A stretch of 37,240 bases of DNA, taken from contig JAUXEQ010000001.1 of NCBI GenBank assembly GCA_030620455.1, positions 1-37,240 on the forward strand. The letters are read 5' to 3'. Under the pieces are notes generated by a model. The model saw only the letters and a list, made by a program, of their open reading frames with translations. It ran no database searches and was not told the origin of the DNA. The translations under genes and the position numbers were made by a program. Shown here one piece after another: positions 23,684 to 32,051 of the stretch. How positions within the stretch are numbered: the stretch's first letter is position 1; every line of letters starts with the position of its first letter. Source of the stretch: a bacterium. GTDB lineage: Bacteria; UBP14; UBA6098; B30-G16.

Positions 23684-25108
23684 TTATCTTATAATTTTAT
23701 CTAAAGAAATTTCCTTTTCAAAAGCCTTAACAATAAAATAATAGACATCGGTTTCTGAATCGCACCAACTTTTCGACAGAATACCAGCTTGCATACACAC
23801 TCTATCTAATCGCATCGATGGTGATATATCAGAATCTTCCCATGGCATTACAATACCATCTTTAGTTCCCTGTCGAATATAAATACCCAAATCAGGACTA
23901 GGTTCCTCAACTCCCTCGACTATTTTAGTTAACCCAACAACCAATGTAGCATTCTCGAACGTTCTTCTTCTACTCGACGTGTGTTTAAGAGAATATTTCA
24001 AAGACTTACATAAGCTTTTTGCCGTCTCGGAGAAAGGTCTTGTTGAGAAAAGATCCCCATTTCTCACTAGAATTTTGTCATCGATTTTAATAGTGATAAA
24101 TACTCCACATCGAAGATTGGAAATCCTTCGTGGAAGAACCGGTGGATTCTGTCCAATTAGAATATTATAAATGTATTTTAATAACAAATCTCTATCTTTA
24201 TCATTAATTGTTTCTAAAGCTAAAGTATTATGAGATTTATATGTTTTTCTTACATCAATCCACGCTATCGAGGCTATCCCACAAATCTCTGCGGTTGGAA
24301 ATCCTGAATTTACATACCCCTTAACGACAATTCCTGTATCGGCACCAAGCGCTCTTACTAATTTAATTGAAAATGCTGACCCCCAAGGGTTAGAAAGATT
24401 ATATTTCCCAGTTTCAAAATTTTCTACAATGACTTTCTCCATCATAGCTGTCATTATTACCATTGTCGACCTGAAAGTGCGAGTAACTTCCCTTGCATCT
24501 TCGCCCTTTGCCAGATTTGAAACATTTACAATAAGCGGATCATATTCTGAAAATAAATGGGAACAACTGTTAGCAATTCCATCGAGGACGTTATCATCTT
24601 CCTTACCAACAAGGAAAACTATAAGAGGCGTCGATCTAAACGAGTATTGTGTAAAGGGTAATTGAAACCAAAAACTTTTTGGTGGACATTCGTCAACTAA
24701 TTTTATTTTGGGTATTCTTTCACTAATCTTTTTCACGAGTGTAGAGTCAATAATCTGAGTGCCTAAAGGAGTTTTGAAGTATTTGAATTTCATAATTGAA
24801 ACCCCCTTTTGACCCGGTGGAGCTTCCACAATAACAACAATCAACTTTTTCCTTTCCTGAGATGCCAAATTATATGCTGCACCAATAACAGTTCCGGAAA
24901 AAAGATAGCTCTCTTCAGGCACTAAAATTCCAATAATATTACCCCTAAGTGGTCGAGGTTTAACCATATTAATATAATCTGTAATTTGATCCCAAAGGAC
25001 AGTGGGATCAGAGGGGAAAAGACCATTTTCAGCACAATATTCTTCAACTAAGTTCTGGCTAAAAACTACTCCCAAAAAAGCCAAAACCAACAATATGTTT
25101 AATTTCAA
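23684..25108 (-). CDS. Secreted Memo-like / AMMECR1-like fusion protein with degenerate active-site motifs
   Basis: TTG start at 25108 lies 9 nt after GGAGG. Signal peptide MKLNILLVLAFLGVVFSQ. The N-terminal half is collinear with Memo (GILVPEESYLFSGTVIGAAYN; LIVVIVEAPPG; TPLGTQIID; PLIVNVSNLAKGE). The C-terminal half is collinear with AMMECR1 (CGVFITIKIDDKILVRNGDL; LGIYIRQGTKDGIVMPWE; CMQAGILSKSW...YYFIVKAFEKE). Confidence 0.7.
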   Translation of the reverse strand: MKLNILLVLAFLGVVFSQNLVEEYCAENGLFPSDPTVLWDQITDYINMVKPRPLRGNIIGILVPEESYLFSGTVIGAAYNLASQERKKLIVVIVEAPPGQKGVSIMKFKYFKTPLGTQIIDSTLVKKISERIPKIKLVDECPPKSFWFQLPFTQYSFRSTPLIVFLVGKEDDNVLDGIANSCSHLFSEYDPLIVNVSNLAKGEDAREVTRTFRSTMVIMTAMMEKVIVENFETGKYNLSNPWGSAFSIKLVRALGADTGIVVKGYVNSGFPTAEICGIASIAWIDVRKTYKSHNTLALETINDKDRDLLLKYIYNILIGQNPPVLPRRISNLRCGVFITIKIDDKILVRNGDLFSTRPFSETAKSLCKSLKYSLKHTSSRRRTFENATLVVGLTKIVEGVEEPSPDLGIYIRQGTKDGIVMPWEDSDISPSMRLDRVCMQAGILSKSWCDSETDVYYFIVKAFEKEISLDKIIR

Positions 25109-25346
25109 TTTAGATGACCTCCGCCTTCATCGATATACTAGCATTTATTAGGTCATCCTCCTTTCCAACCGGAATAATTATCTACTTTCACCTAATAAAA
25201 GCTTAACCCAAAAAGAGTCAAGAAAAAAGTATGGTGTATTTTTTATAGTAGAAATACCAGAAATCCGTAATTCCCGTTAAAAAGATAACCTAATAATCAG
25301 TTACTATTCACTCCTTATTACAAATTATAAGTTATAAATCTCCATA

Positions 25347-28139
25347 TTAATGCTGAAATTCTCTTCTAATCCTATCTAATTCTTCAAGGCTTTCAACAAA
25401 CACTTTTCGAGCTTTGCTGCCTTCAAAAGGTCCCACAACATTCATCATTTCAAGTTGGTCAATTATCGATGCAGCTCTTGTGTATCCTACTCTTAATTTT
25501 CTCTGCAAATGTGATGCTGATCCTTTCTGAGAAATAACGATGACTTTTGCCGCTTCCCAAAAAAGTTCGTCAAGTTCTCTAATAGCTTGCCTTTTTGCGA
25601 GCTCTTCCTTAAAACTAACCTGTGTAACTTGAGGATTTGTAAACTTACAAAGATACTCGACAATTTTTTTCGATTCACTTGTAGAAACGTAAGATCCATG
25701 AATTCTCTGGGGTTCAGATTTGCCAGTGGACAGGAATAACATATCCCCATGTCCCAGAAGTCGTTCAGCTCCCTGTATATCAAGAATTGTTCTTGAATCT
25801 ACTCTACTTCGCACCTTGAATGCAATTCTTGAAGGGAAATTAGCCTTTATAAGTCCTGTAACAACATCTACCGAGGGTCGTTGAGTAGCAATAATAATAT
25901 GAATACCAACAGCTCTAGCCATTTGTGCTAAACGAGCAATAGGTTCCTCGATTTCTGACGATACAGTCATCATCAAATCAGCCAGTTCATCGATTACGAC
26001 CACAATAAACGGGATTTTACATCCCATATACGGTTTATCTTTTAGCAGCAAATAATATTCGTTAAGGCTTCGTACATGAAGTTCCGCAAGAATTTTATAT
26101 CTAGTTTCCATCTCTTCGACAACCCATTTCAAAGCTGCAGCCGCCTCCTTATTATCAACTACAACCGGAGCTAATAAATATGGTATTCCATTGTATATTG
26201 AAAGTTCAAGGCGTTTAGGGTCCAAGAGCAATAGCCTTAATTCAGAAGGATTACGTTTATACAACAGACTTGTAATAATTGCATTAATACAGACAGATTT
26301 CCCGGAACCTGTCGCACCTGCAATTAATAAATGAGGCATTTCTGTTAGGTCTTCGACACATGTATTTCCTGCAACATCTTTACCTAAAACAATCGGCAAA
26401 GATGCTTTCGAATCGACGTATTTCGAAGATTCCAAAACACTTCTAATATACACTATTTCTGGTTGTAGATTAGGTATTTCAATCCCCACTGTTCCTTTCC
26501 CCGGTAATGGTCCAACAATTCTCACATCCTTCGTTTTAAGCGAAAGTTTCAGATCATCCGCAAGAGCTAATACTTTCGATACTCGGGTTCCCGACTCAGG
26601 TTCAAATTCGAAACGAGTAATAACAGGACCAGGTTTTACAGTTATTATTTTGCCGAATATTTTATAAGTCCCAAGGGCATCACCAAGTTTTTTACCCATT
26701 GTATTCAATTCTATCTCGGTCATATGAGTTTTGGGATATTCTTGAGCTCTGAGAATTGAAAGAGGAGGTAAAGAAAAAAAGCTTTCCTGAAGCTTAATTT
26801 TTGTTCCCTCGATAGGTTCTGGAACTTTTATAGTCCTTGCTATTCCAATATTATTACCTAAATCTTTACTTTCAGCTTCAGCCCCATCTCCTATTGTTTT
26901 ATTCAATTCATTATCATGACTTACATCTGGGGCTTTTTCAACGTCTGGTTTTGCTTCTTTGCTTGTTGTACTTATTTCAGATTGTCTGATAAAATCAGAT
27001 GTCTTTGTTTGGCTTTCCTCTACATCCGATTTTGGATATTCAGGTGGAGTATAGTTATCCTCATGCCTTTGGGCAGAAACCTTTGGTTTCACAGGGATAT
27101 TTACATGAATCACTTGCGAAGTATTGTCGTCCGATCTGCTCGATTCTTTAGGAAGAGGAACATCTATAAATCCTTCTTGATCGTGGGATTTTTCGTTTTT
27201 AATGGTTTTTCTACGACCTAAAACATCGAGAAGACCGGGAACATGGATGTCATATTCATCTAATATCTCGATTCTTCGTTTGTCAGACTTATCAGAAGAG
27301 GTAATCTTTTCATCGGGAGCTATTTCATAATCCATATAAGCTTCAGATTTTGCCTTTGATCTCGATTGCTCTATTTCAGACATGAAAACAATATCAGGTA
27401 CACCGGGAGAACTACGGTCAATATCTACACTTTCAAGTTCTTCGGCCTTCTTGCCTACAAGGAAAACCTCATCGGAAAAATAATCCGGCACATTCTCAAT
27501 AATTCGAGTCCTTCTATAAATTCTATCCTGTCGTTCTGTATAATCATCAATTTCATCTTGCCTTTCCTGATATAACTTACTCAACTTCAGCTTACTCACT
27601 AATAATGTATTAAGTAATCGCCTTGTATGCTCACTAATATATTGTACAGGAATCCTCAAGCCCAATCCTGTAGCTAAAAGAACCCAAAGAGTAAAAATAA
27701 TAAGAGTAACGAGCATTGCTCCAAAGGAACCAAATACTGCAAAAATATTATTCAATCCTACACCGAAAGCTCCAATTATTTCCCGAATTTTAAACGAAAA
27801 GAATCCTGAGATTAAGATATTAAATGCAAAAAACCACCCAAAAAAATATCCTGTCATTTTAATCAACTTATCAAAACGCCATGATAAAACTCTTCCAAGC
27901 CCCCAAATAATAATAAGTATAACAAAAGCAAAACCTATGTATCCAAAATTATTGATAACTACCATCGAACTCCAAGCGCCTGATGGTCCAAGTAAATTCC
28001 CCATCTTTCTCTGAGGCGATATGGGGCTTTCACCCGGATAGAAATCCATGGAATTATATGATAGCAGCGAGATAAGTAATAATGCCGCTAATGATAAAAG
28101 AATTAATCCAGATATGATTCTAACAATTTTAAAGCTCAT
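25347..28139 (-). CDS. ftsK: DNA translocase FtsK/SpoIIIE
   Basis: N-terminal polytopic membrane domain, a long charged linker, a motor with Walker A (LLIAGATGSGKS) and Walker B context (FIVVVIDELADLMM), and a C-terminal winged-helix gamma domain (SASHLQRKLRVGYTRAASIIDQLE). Confidence 0.93.
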   Translation of the reverse strand: MSFKIVRIISGLILLSLAALLLISLLSYNSMDFYPGESPISPQRKMGNLLGPSGAWSSMVVINNFGYIGFAFVILIIIWGLGRVLSWRFDKLIKMTGYFFGWFFAFNILISGFFSFKIREIIGAFGVGLNNIFAVFGSFGAMLVTLIIFTLWVLLATGLGLRIPVQYISEHTRRLLNTLLVSKLKLSKLYQERQDEIDDYTERQDRIYRRTRIIENVPDYFSDEVFLVGKKAEELESVDIDRSSPGVPDIVFMSEIEQSRSKAKSEAYMDYEIAPDEKITSSDKSDKRRIEILDEYDIHVPGLLDVLGRRKTIKNEKSHDQEGFIDVPLPKESSRSDDNTSQVIHVNIPVKPKVSAQRHEDNYTPPEYPKSDVEESQTKTSDFIRQSEISTTSKEAKPDVEKAPDVSHDNELNKTIGDGAEAESKDLGNNIGIARTIKVPEPIEGTKIKLQESFFSLPPLSILRAQEYPKTHMTEIELNTMGKKLGDALGTYKIFGKIITVKPGPVITRFEFEPESGTRVSKVLALADDLKLSLKTKDVRIVGPLPGKGTVGIEIPNLQPEIVYIRSVLESSKYVDSKASLPIVLGKDVAGNTCVEDLTEMPHLLIAGATGSGKSVCINAIITSLLYKRNPSELRLLLLDPKRLELSIYNGIPYLLAPVVVDNKEAAAALKWVVEEMETRYKILAELHVRSLNEYYLLLKDKPYMGCKIPFIVVVIDELADLMMTVSSEIEEPIARLAQMARAVGIHIIIATQRPSVDVVTGLIKANFPSRIAFKVRSRVDSRTILDIQGAERLLGHGDMLFLSTGKSEPQRIHGSYVSTSESKKIVEYLCKFTNPQVTQVSFKEELAKRQAIRELDELFWEAAKVIVISQKGSASHLQRKLRVGYTRAASIIDQLEMMNVVGPFEGSKARKVFVESLEELDRIRREFQH

Positions 28140-28188
28140 TACTCTAAAGAATATATTTGTTAATAACGTTTCAAGAGATATTTTACTC

Positions 28189-28217
28189 TTGACAACAATA
28201 TTGGCAATAAATATTTT
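28189..28217 (+). promoter_or_regulatory. Putative sigma70-type promoter for tRNA-Lys
   Basis: TTGACA (28189-28194), a 17-nt spacer, then TATTTT (28212-28217). The -10 element ends 12 nt before the mature tRNA 5' end. Confidence 0.4.
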
Positions 28218-28229
28218 TGAGGTTTATTT

Positions 28230-28302
28230 GGGGGTGTAGCTCAGGTGGCAGAGCAACGGCCTTTTAAGCCGTGGGCCGATGGTTCGAATCCATTCACCCT
28301 CA
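28230..28302 (+). tRNA. tRNA-Lys (anticodon TTT)
   Basis: 73-nt cloverleaf: acceptor GGGGGTG/CACCCTC (one G-U pair), D stem GCTC/GAGC, anticodon stem ACGGC/GCCGT with loop CTTTTAA, T arm GATGG-TTCGAAT-CCATT, discriminator A. CCA is not encoded. Confidence 0.93.
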
Positions 28303-28357
28303 AATTTTCATTGGTTTGTTTTATTTTCTCCAATCTCAAACATTATAAAAGCACAAC

Positions 28358-28909
28358 TTGATTACATTGAAAAAAATATTCAAAAGTAGAATAATTAAGT
28401 CTCTAATTATCATAGTAGAAGTGGTTTTTCTAGACAGAATAACAAAATCTATTGTTTCGCAAAGATTGATACCTAACAAATCACTTTCTATAATCGGCAA
28501 CTTTTTTAAAGTAACCTTGGTTTTTAATCCTGGTGGTGTGTTTGGAACGAGAATAGGTGGCAATCTATTTTACATATTAGCCGCAATTTTTGCAGCATTA
28601 ATCTTAGTTGTTTGGTTTTTAAAGAAAAAAACATCAGTAGCTCATATTACAGCAATTTCACTTATGCTTGGCGGAGCTATAGGTAATCTTATCGATAGAA
28701 TTAGAATCGGCAAAGTGATAGATTTCCTTGACTTTGGAATTGGAAACTATAGATGGTATACATTTAATATTGCAGATTCTGCAATAACTGTTGGAATAAC
28801 AATTATAATTTTCGCCGAGCTTTTTTTAAGTCATCATGATAATAAAAAGGATCGACAAGAGATTTTCAACGAAACAAAATACCTTGAGAAAATAGATAAA
28901 ATAGAATAG
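28358..28909 (+). CDS. lspA: Lipoprotein signal peptidase (signal peptidase II)
   Basis: LspA motifs VFLDRITK, FNPGGVFG, LGGAIGNLIDR, VIDFLDF and TFNIADSAITVG. TTG start; a second in-frame TTG at 28367 is also possible. Confidence 0.9.
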   Translation: MITLKKIFKSRIIKSLIIIVEVVFLDRITKSIVSQRLIPNKSLSIIGNFFKVTLVFNPGGVFGTRIGGNLFYILAAIFAALILVVWFLKKKTSVAHITAISLMLGGAIGNLIDRIRIGKVIDFLDFGIGNYRWYTFNIADSAITVGITIIIFAELFLSHHDNKKDRQEIFNETKYLEKIDKIE

Positions 28910-29044
28910 AATTCGAATAATATTACCGATAATGAATATAGAATTCCATTATCTTAATAAGAATCACAAGAAGATATTTATTTAATTCAGGATTTTATTA
29001 TGGGATTTTAAGAATTAATTCTCTTTGAATGATAAAATTAACAC

Positions 29045-29073
29045 TTGACAGACTATAGAAAAAATTTTACAAT
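29045..29073 (+). promoter_or_regulatory. Consensus sigma70-type promoter of rpsO
   Basis: TTGACA (29045-29050), an exactly 17-nt spacer, then TACAAT (29068-29073). It is followed by AAGGAGG (29093-29099) and the TTG start at 29105. Confidence 0.6.
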
Positions 29074-29104
29074 TTGCGCCTTAGGGAAAATTAAGGAGGA
29101 AAAT

Positions 29105-29371
29105 TTGCTGGATAAAGAAATTAAAAATGAAGTTATGAAGAAGTATGAAAGACATCCAAAGGATGTAGGCTCATCTGAAGTACAAGTTGCCGTATTAACT
29201 GAACGGATAAAGGTTTTGTCCCAACATTTTTCCCTTCATCCGAAAGATACAAACTCAAAACGCGGTTTTATGATCTTAGTCGGTCGCAGAAGAAGGTTAC
29301 TTAATTACCTTCGTAGAAAAGATTATGAAGGATATTTAAAATTAATCAGAAGTCTCGGATTGCGTAAATAA
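29105..29371 (+). CDS. rpsO: 30S ribosomal protein S15
   Basis: The S15 sequence (GSSEVQVAVLTERIKVLSQHF...KRGFMILVGRRRRLLNYLRRKD...LGLRK) has normal length (88 aa) when started at TTG 29105, which lies 5 nt after AAGGAGG. The track ORF start at 29045 is the TTG of the -35 box. Confidence 0.93.
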   Translation: MLDKEIKNEVMKKYERHPKDVGSSEVQVAVLTERIKVLSQHFSLHPKDTNSKRGFMILVGRRRRLLNYLRRKDYEGYLKLIRSLGLRK

Positions 29372-29551
29372 TCAACCTTTCCGGAAATACTATTTCCGAT
29401 TAATCCAATAATACATGAGTTTTTTTGAGATTAGCTTATCGAATTATATTCATAGAATTCAAACAATAAAAACAAAATTGTATTTTTTAACATATCTCGT
29501 ATATTAGAGAAAATTACAAATTAAATTTTTAACTAAGGAAAATACAAAAAT

Positions 29552-31687
29552 ATGGAATATACAGAACTAAAAGAAAAAATTGGCAATTGTGAAATAACTT
29601 TGCAAACTGGGAAAGTAGCTCGCCAAGCGGATGGAGCTATTTGGGTGCAGACAGGTGGTACAATAGTATTGGTTACAGCTGTTTCATCAAAGAATCCTAG
29701 TTCCTACAAAGGTTTTATGCCGTTAACAGTGGACTATCGAGAAAAATTTTACGCTGCTGGCAAAATTCCCGGAGGCTTTTTTAAACGTGAGGGAAGACCT
29801 TATGAACATGAAATACTTAGATCTCGACTTATAGACAGACCAGTTAGACCACTTTTTCCAAAAGATTATACTTATGAAACACAAGTATTAGCATCGGTTA
29901 TTTCCTTTGATCAAGAAAATGAACCAGATATTCTGGGTATTATCGGTGCTTCCGCAGCACTATCTATTTCCGATATACCTTTTAATGGTCCTTTTGGTGC
30001 TGTGAGGATTGCTTTAATTGAAGGTGAATACGTAGTAAATCCTACTGTTACACAAAGAGAAAAAGCTACTCTTGATTTGGTTGTTGCAGGAACTGATAAA
30101 GATATAATAATGGTCGAAGGGACTGCAATAGAAGTCAGCGAAGCTACATTACTGGAAGTTCTTAAGGCTGCTCAACCTGCATTATCGAAGATAGTTAAAA
30201 TCCAGCAAGAGCTTATTAAAAAAATCGGAAAACCTAAAAGAGAATACGAACCAGATATAATAGACCCAAAACTCGATAAAGCTGTCAGAAAACTCGGAAC
30301 GGAAAAAATTAGAGAATTAATTCAAACTGAATCGAAATCTGATCGACAAGATCTAAGTGATAAACTCAGCAATTCAGTTATCGAAAAACTTATCGAAGAA
30401 TACCCCGAATCCGAAGGTAAAATTAACTTAATTATGGATAGTATCAGGGGTGAAATTATAAGGAAAATGATTTTAGACGAAAAGCGACGATCCGATGGTA
30501 GAGATTTTGATGAAATACGTGAGATTTCAATCGAACTTGGCATTCTCCCCAGAGCACATGGGTCTGCGCTTTTCACAAGAGGAGAAACTCAAGCATTATC
30601 GGCTGTAACTTTAGGTACAAAACTTGACGAACAGAAAATTGAGGATCTCGAGGGAGAATCGTTTAAAAGCTTTATTTTGCATTATAATTTCCCACCGTTT
30701 TCCGTTGGAGATGTTCGACCTATAAGAGGTCCTGGAAGAAGAGAGATAGGACACGGTAACTTAGCAGAACGTTCTTTGCAAAATATTATACCCTCCGAAG
30801 AAACTTTTCCTTATACGATTCGCATTGTCTCAGAAATCTTAGAATCCAATGGCTCCTCTTCAATGGCTACTGTCTGTTCAGGAAGTTTATCGCTTATGGA
30901 TGCAGGAATACCTATTAAAACCCACGTTGCGGGAATTGCTATGGGTCTTGTAATAGAAAATGGGAAACATGCCATTTTAACTGATATTAAAGGTTCAGAA
31001 GACCATTATGGTGATATGGACTTCAAAGTTACCGGTTCCGAAAAAGGAATTAATGCTTTTCAGATGGATGTCAAAGTTCCGGGAATTTCATTCGATATTA
31101 TAGAGAAAGCTCTATCTCAAGCAAAAGATGGAAGGGAATTTATCCTCAGGAAAATGAATGAAGTAATCGATAAGCCAAGGTCAAACCTTGCACCTCATGC
31201 ACCCAGAATCCAGATAATCCATATCAATCACGAGAAAATCGGCGAAGTTATCGGAAGCGGTGGCAAGGTTATTAGAAGTATACAGGAGGAAACCTCAACC
31301 ACAATTGCCATCGAACCAGACGGATCGGTCTTTATTTCCGCTTTAGATACTGATTCTATGAATTCTGCAATTAAAATTATTGAATCTATTGTTGAAGAAC
31401 CAGTAGTTGGAGCTATTTATAATGGAACAGTTGTTCGTATTCAACCTTTTGGAGCGTTTGTGAAAATTACTCATTCCTGCGAGGGATTACTCCACATTTC
31501 CGAAATCGAGCATAGGAGAATTAATAAAGTTGAGGATGTTCTGAAAACTGGGGAAAAAGTTAAAGTAAAAGTTCTTGCTGTCGATCCAGAATCCGGAAAA
31601 ATTCGACTTTCCCGAAAAGCTTTGCTTAAAAAGGAAAGAACTTCCAATATAAATAGAGACGACAAAGAGTATAGAGGAAATAACTAA
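29552..31687 (+). CDS. pnp: Polyribonucleotide nucleotidyltransferase (PNPase)
   Basis: 711 aa. Two RNase PH-like domains (GKVARQADGA; FFKREGRP; HGSALFTRGETQAL; GSSSMATVC), a KH domain (IGEVIGSGGKVIR) and an S1 domain (GAFVKI...GLLHISE). Conserved position after rpsO. Confidence 0.96.
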   Translation: MEYTELKEKIGNCEITLQTGKVARQADGAIWVQTGGTIVLVTAVSSKNPSSYKGFMPLTVDYREKFYAAGKIPGGFFKREGRPYEHEILRSRLIDRPVRPLFPKDYTYETQVLASVISFDQENEPDILGIIGASAALSISDIPFNGPFGAVRIALIEGEYVVNPTVTQREKATLDLVVAGTDKDIIMVEGTAIEVSEATLLEVLKAAQPALSKIVKIQQELIKKIGKPKREYEPDIIDPKLDKAVRKLGTEKIRELIQTESKSDRQDLSDKLSNSVIEKLIEEYPESEGKINLIMDSIRGEIIRKMILDEKRRSDGRDFDEIREISIELGILPRAHGSALFTRGETQALSAVTLGTKLDEQKIEDLEGESFKSFILHYNFPPFSVGDVRPIRGPGRREIGHGNLAERSLQNIIPSEETFPYTIRIVSEILESNGSSSMATVCSGSLSLMDAGIPIKTHVAGIAMGLVIENGKHAILTDIKGSEDHYGDMDFKVTGSEKGINAFQMDVKVPGISFDIIEKALSQAKDGREFILRKMNEVIDKPRSNLAPHAPRIQIIHINHEKIGEVIGSGGKVIRSIQEETSTTIAIEPDGSVFISALDTDSMNSAIKIIESIVEEPVVGAIYNGTVVRIQPFGAFVKITHSCEGLLHISEIEHRRINKVEDVLKTGEKVKVKVLAVDPESGKIRLSRKALLKKERTSNINRDDKEYRGNN

Positions 31688-31726
31688 AATTAAAAAAATT
31701 AACAATTAAATAAGAAAAGGATTGTT

Positions 31727-32044
31727 ATGTTTGCCATTGTTGAAATTGCTGGATTACAAGTAAAAGTCTCACCTGGGGATAAGGTTTGGGTTCCATTTAT
31801 GAGTTCAAAAGAAGAGGGTTCAAAACTCAATTTTGAGGATGTATATCTTTTCTCTGATGATAAAGAAACTATTGTAGGTAACCCTAAAATCGATGGTGTA
31901 ACTATCGAAGCTACTTTGCTTGAACACACTAAAGGACCTAAGCTTATTGTCTTTAAAAAGAAAAGAAGAACCGGCTATCATAAAAAGCAGGGACACAGGC
32001 AGAAATATTCGATCCTACAAATTGACGAAATCTTAGTTTCATAA
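31727..32044 (+). CDS. rplU: 50S ribosomal protein L21
   Basis: MFAIVEIAGLQVKV...KLIVFKKKRRTGYHKKQGHRQKYS is a typical L21 sequence. 105 aa. Confidence 0.93.
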   Translation: MFAIVEIAGLQVKVSPGDKVWVPFMSSKEEGSKLNFEDVYLFSDDKETIVGNPKIDGVTIEATLLEHTKGPKLIVFKKKRRTGYHKKQGHRQKYSILQIDEILVS

Positions 32045-32051
32045 GAGATCA

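Noticed and set aside
25113-25157. Inverted repeat GATGACCT / AGGTCATC overlapping the SD of the Memo-AMMECR1 gene
   Set aside because: It has only 8 bp with a ~29-nt loop, so it is not stable enough to claim SD sequestration.
28140-28229. The single minus-to-plus strand switch as a possible replication origin
   Set aside because: The spacer is only ~90 nt. I found no DnaA-box-like TTATCCACA motifs and no dnaA/dnaN nearby. It is adequately explained as a divergent promoter region (ftsK leftward, tRNA-Lys rightward). A GC-skew computation over the whole contig would be needed to revisit this.
29382-29398. 7-bp hairpin CGGAAAT-ACT-ATTTCCG just after the rpsO stop, as a terminator or pnp leader element
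   Set aside because: The stem is short and AT-rich, and the T-run lies ~25 nt downstream rather than adjacent. It cannot be called a terminator or an RNase III site from sequence alone.
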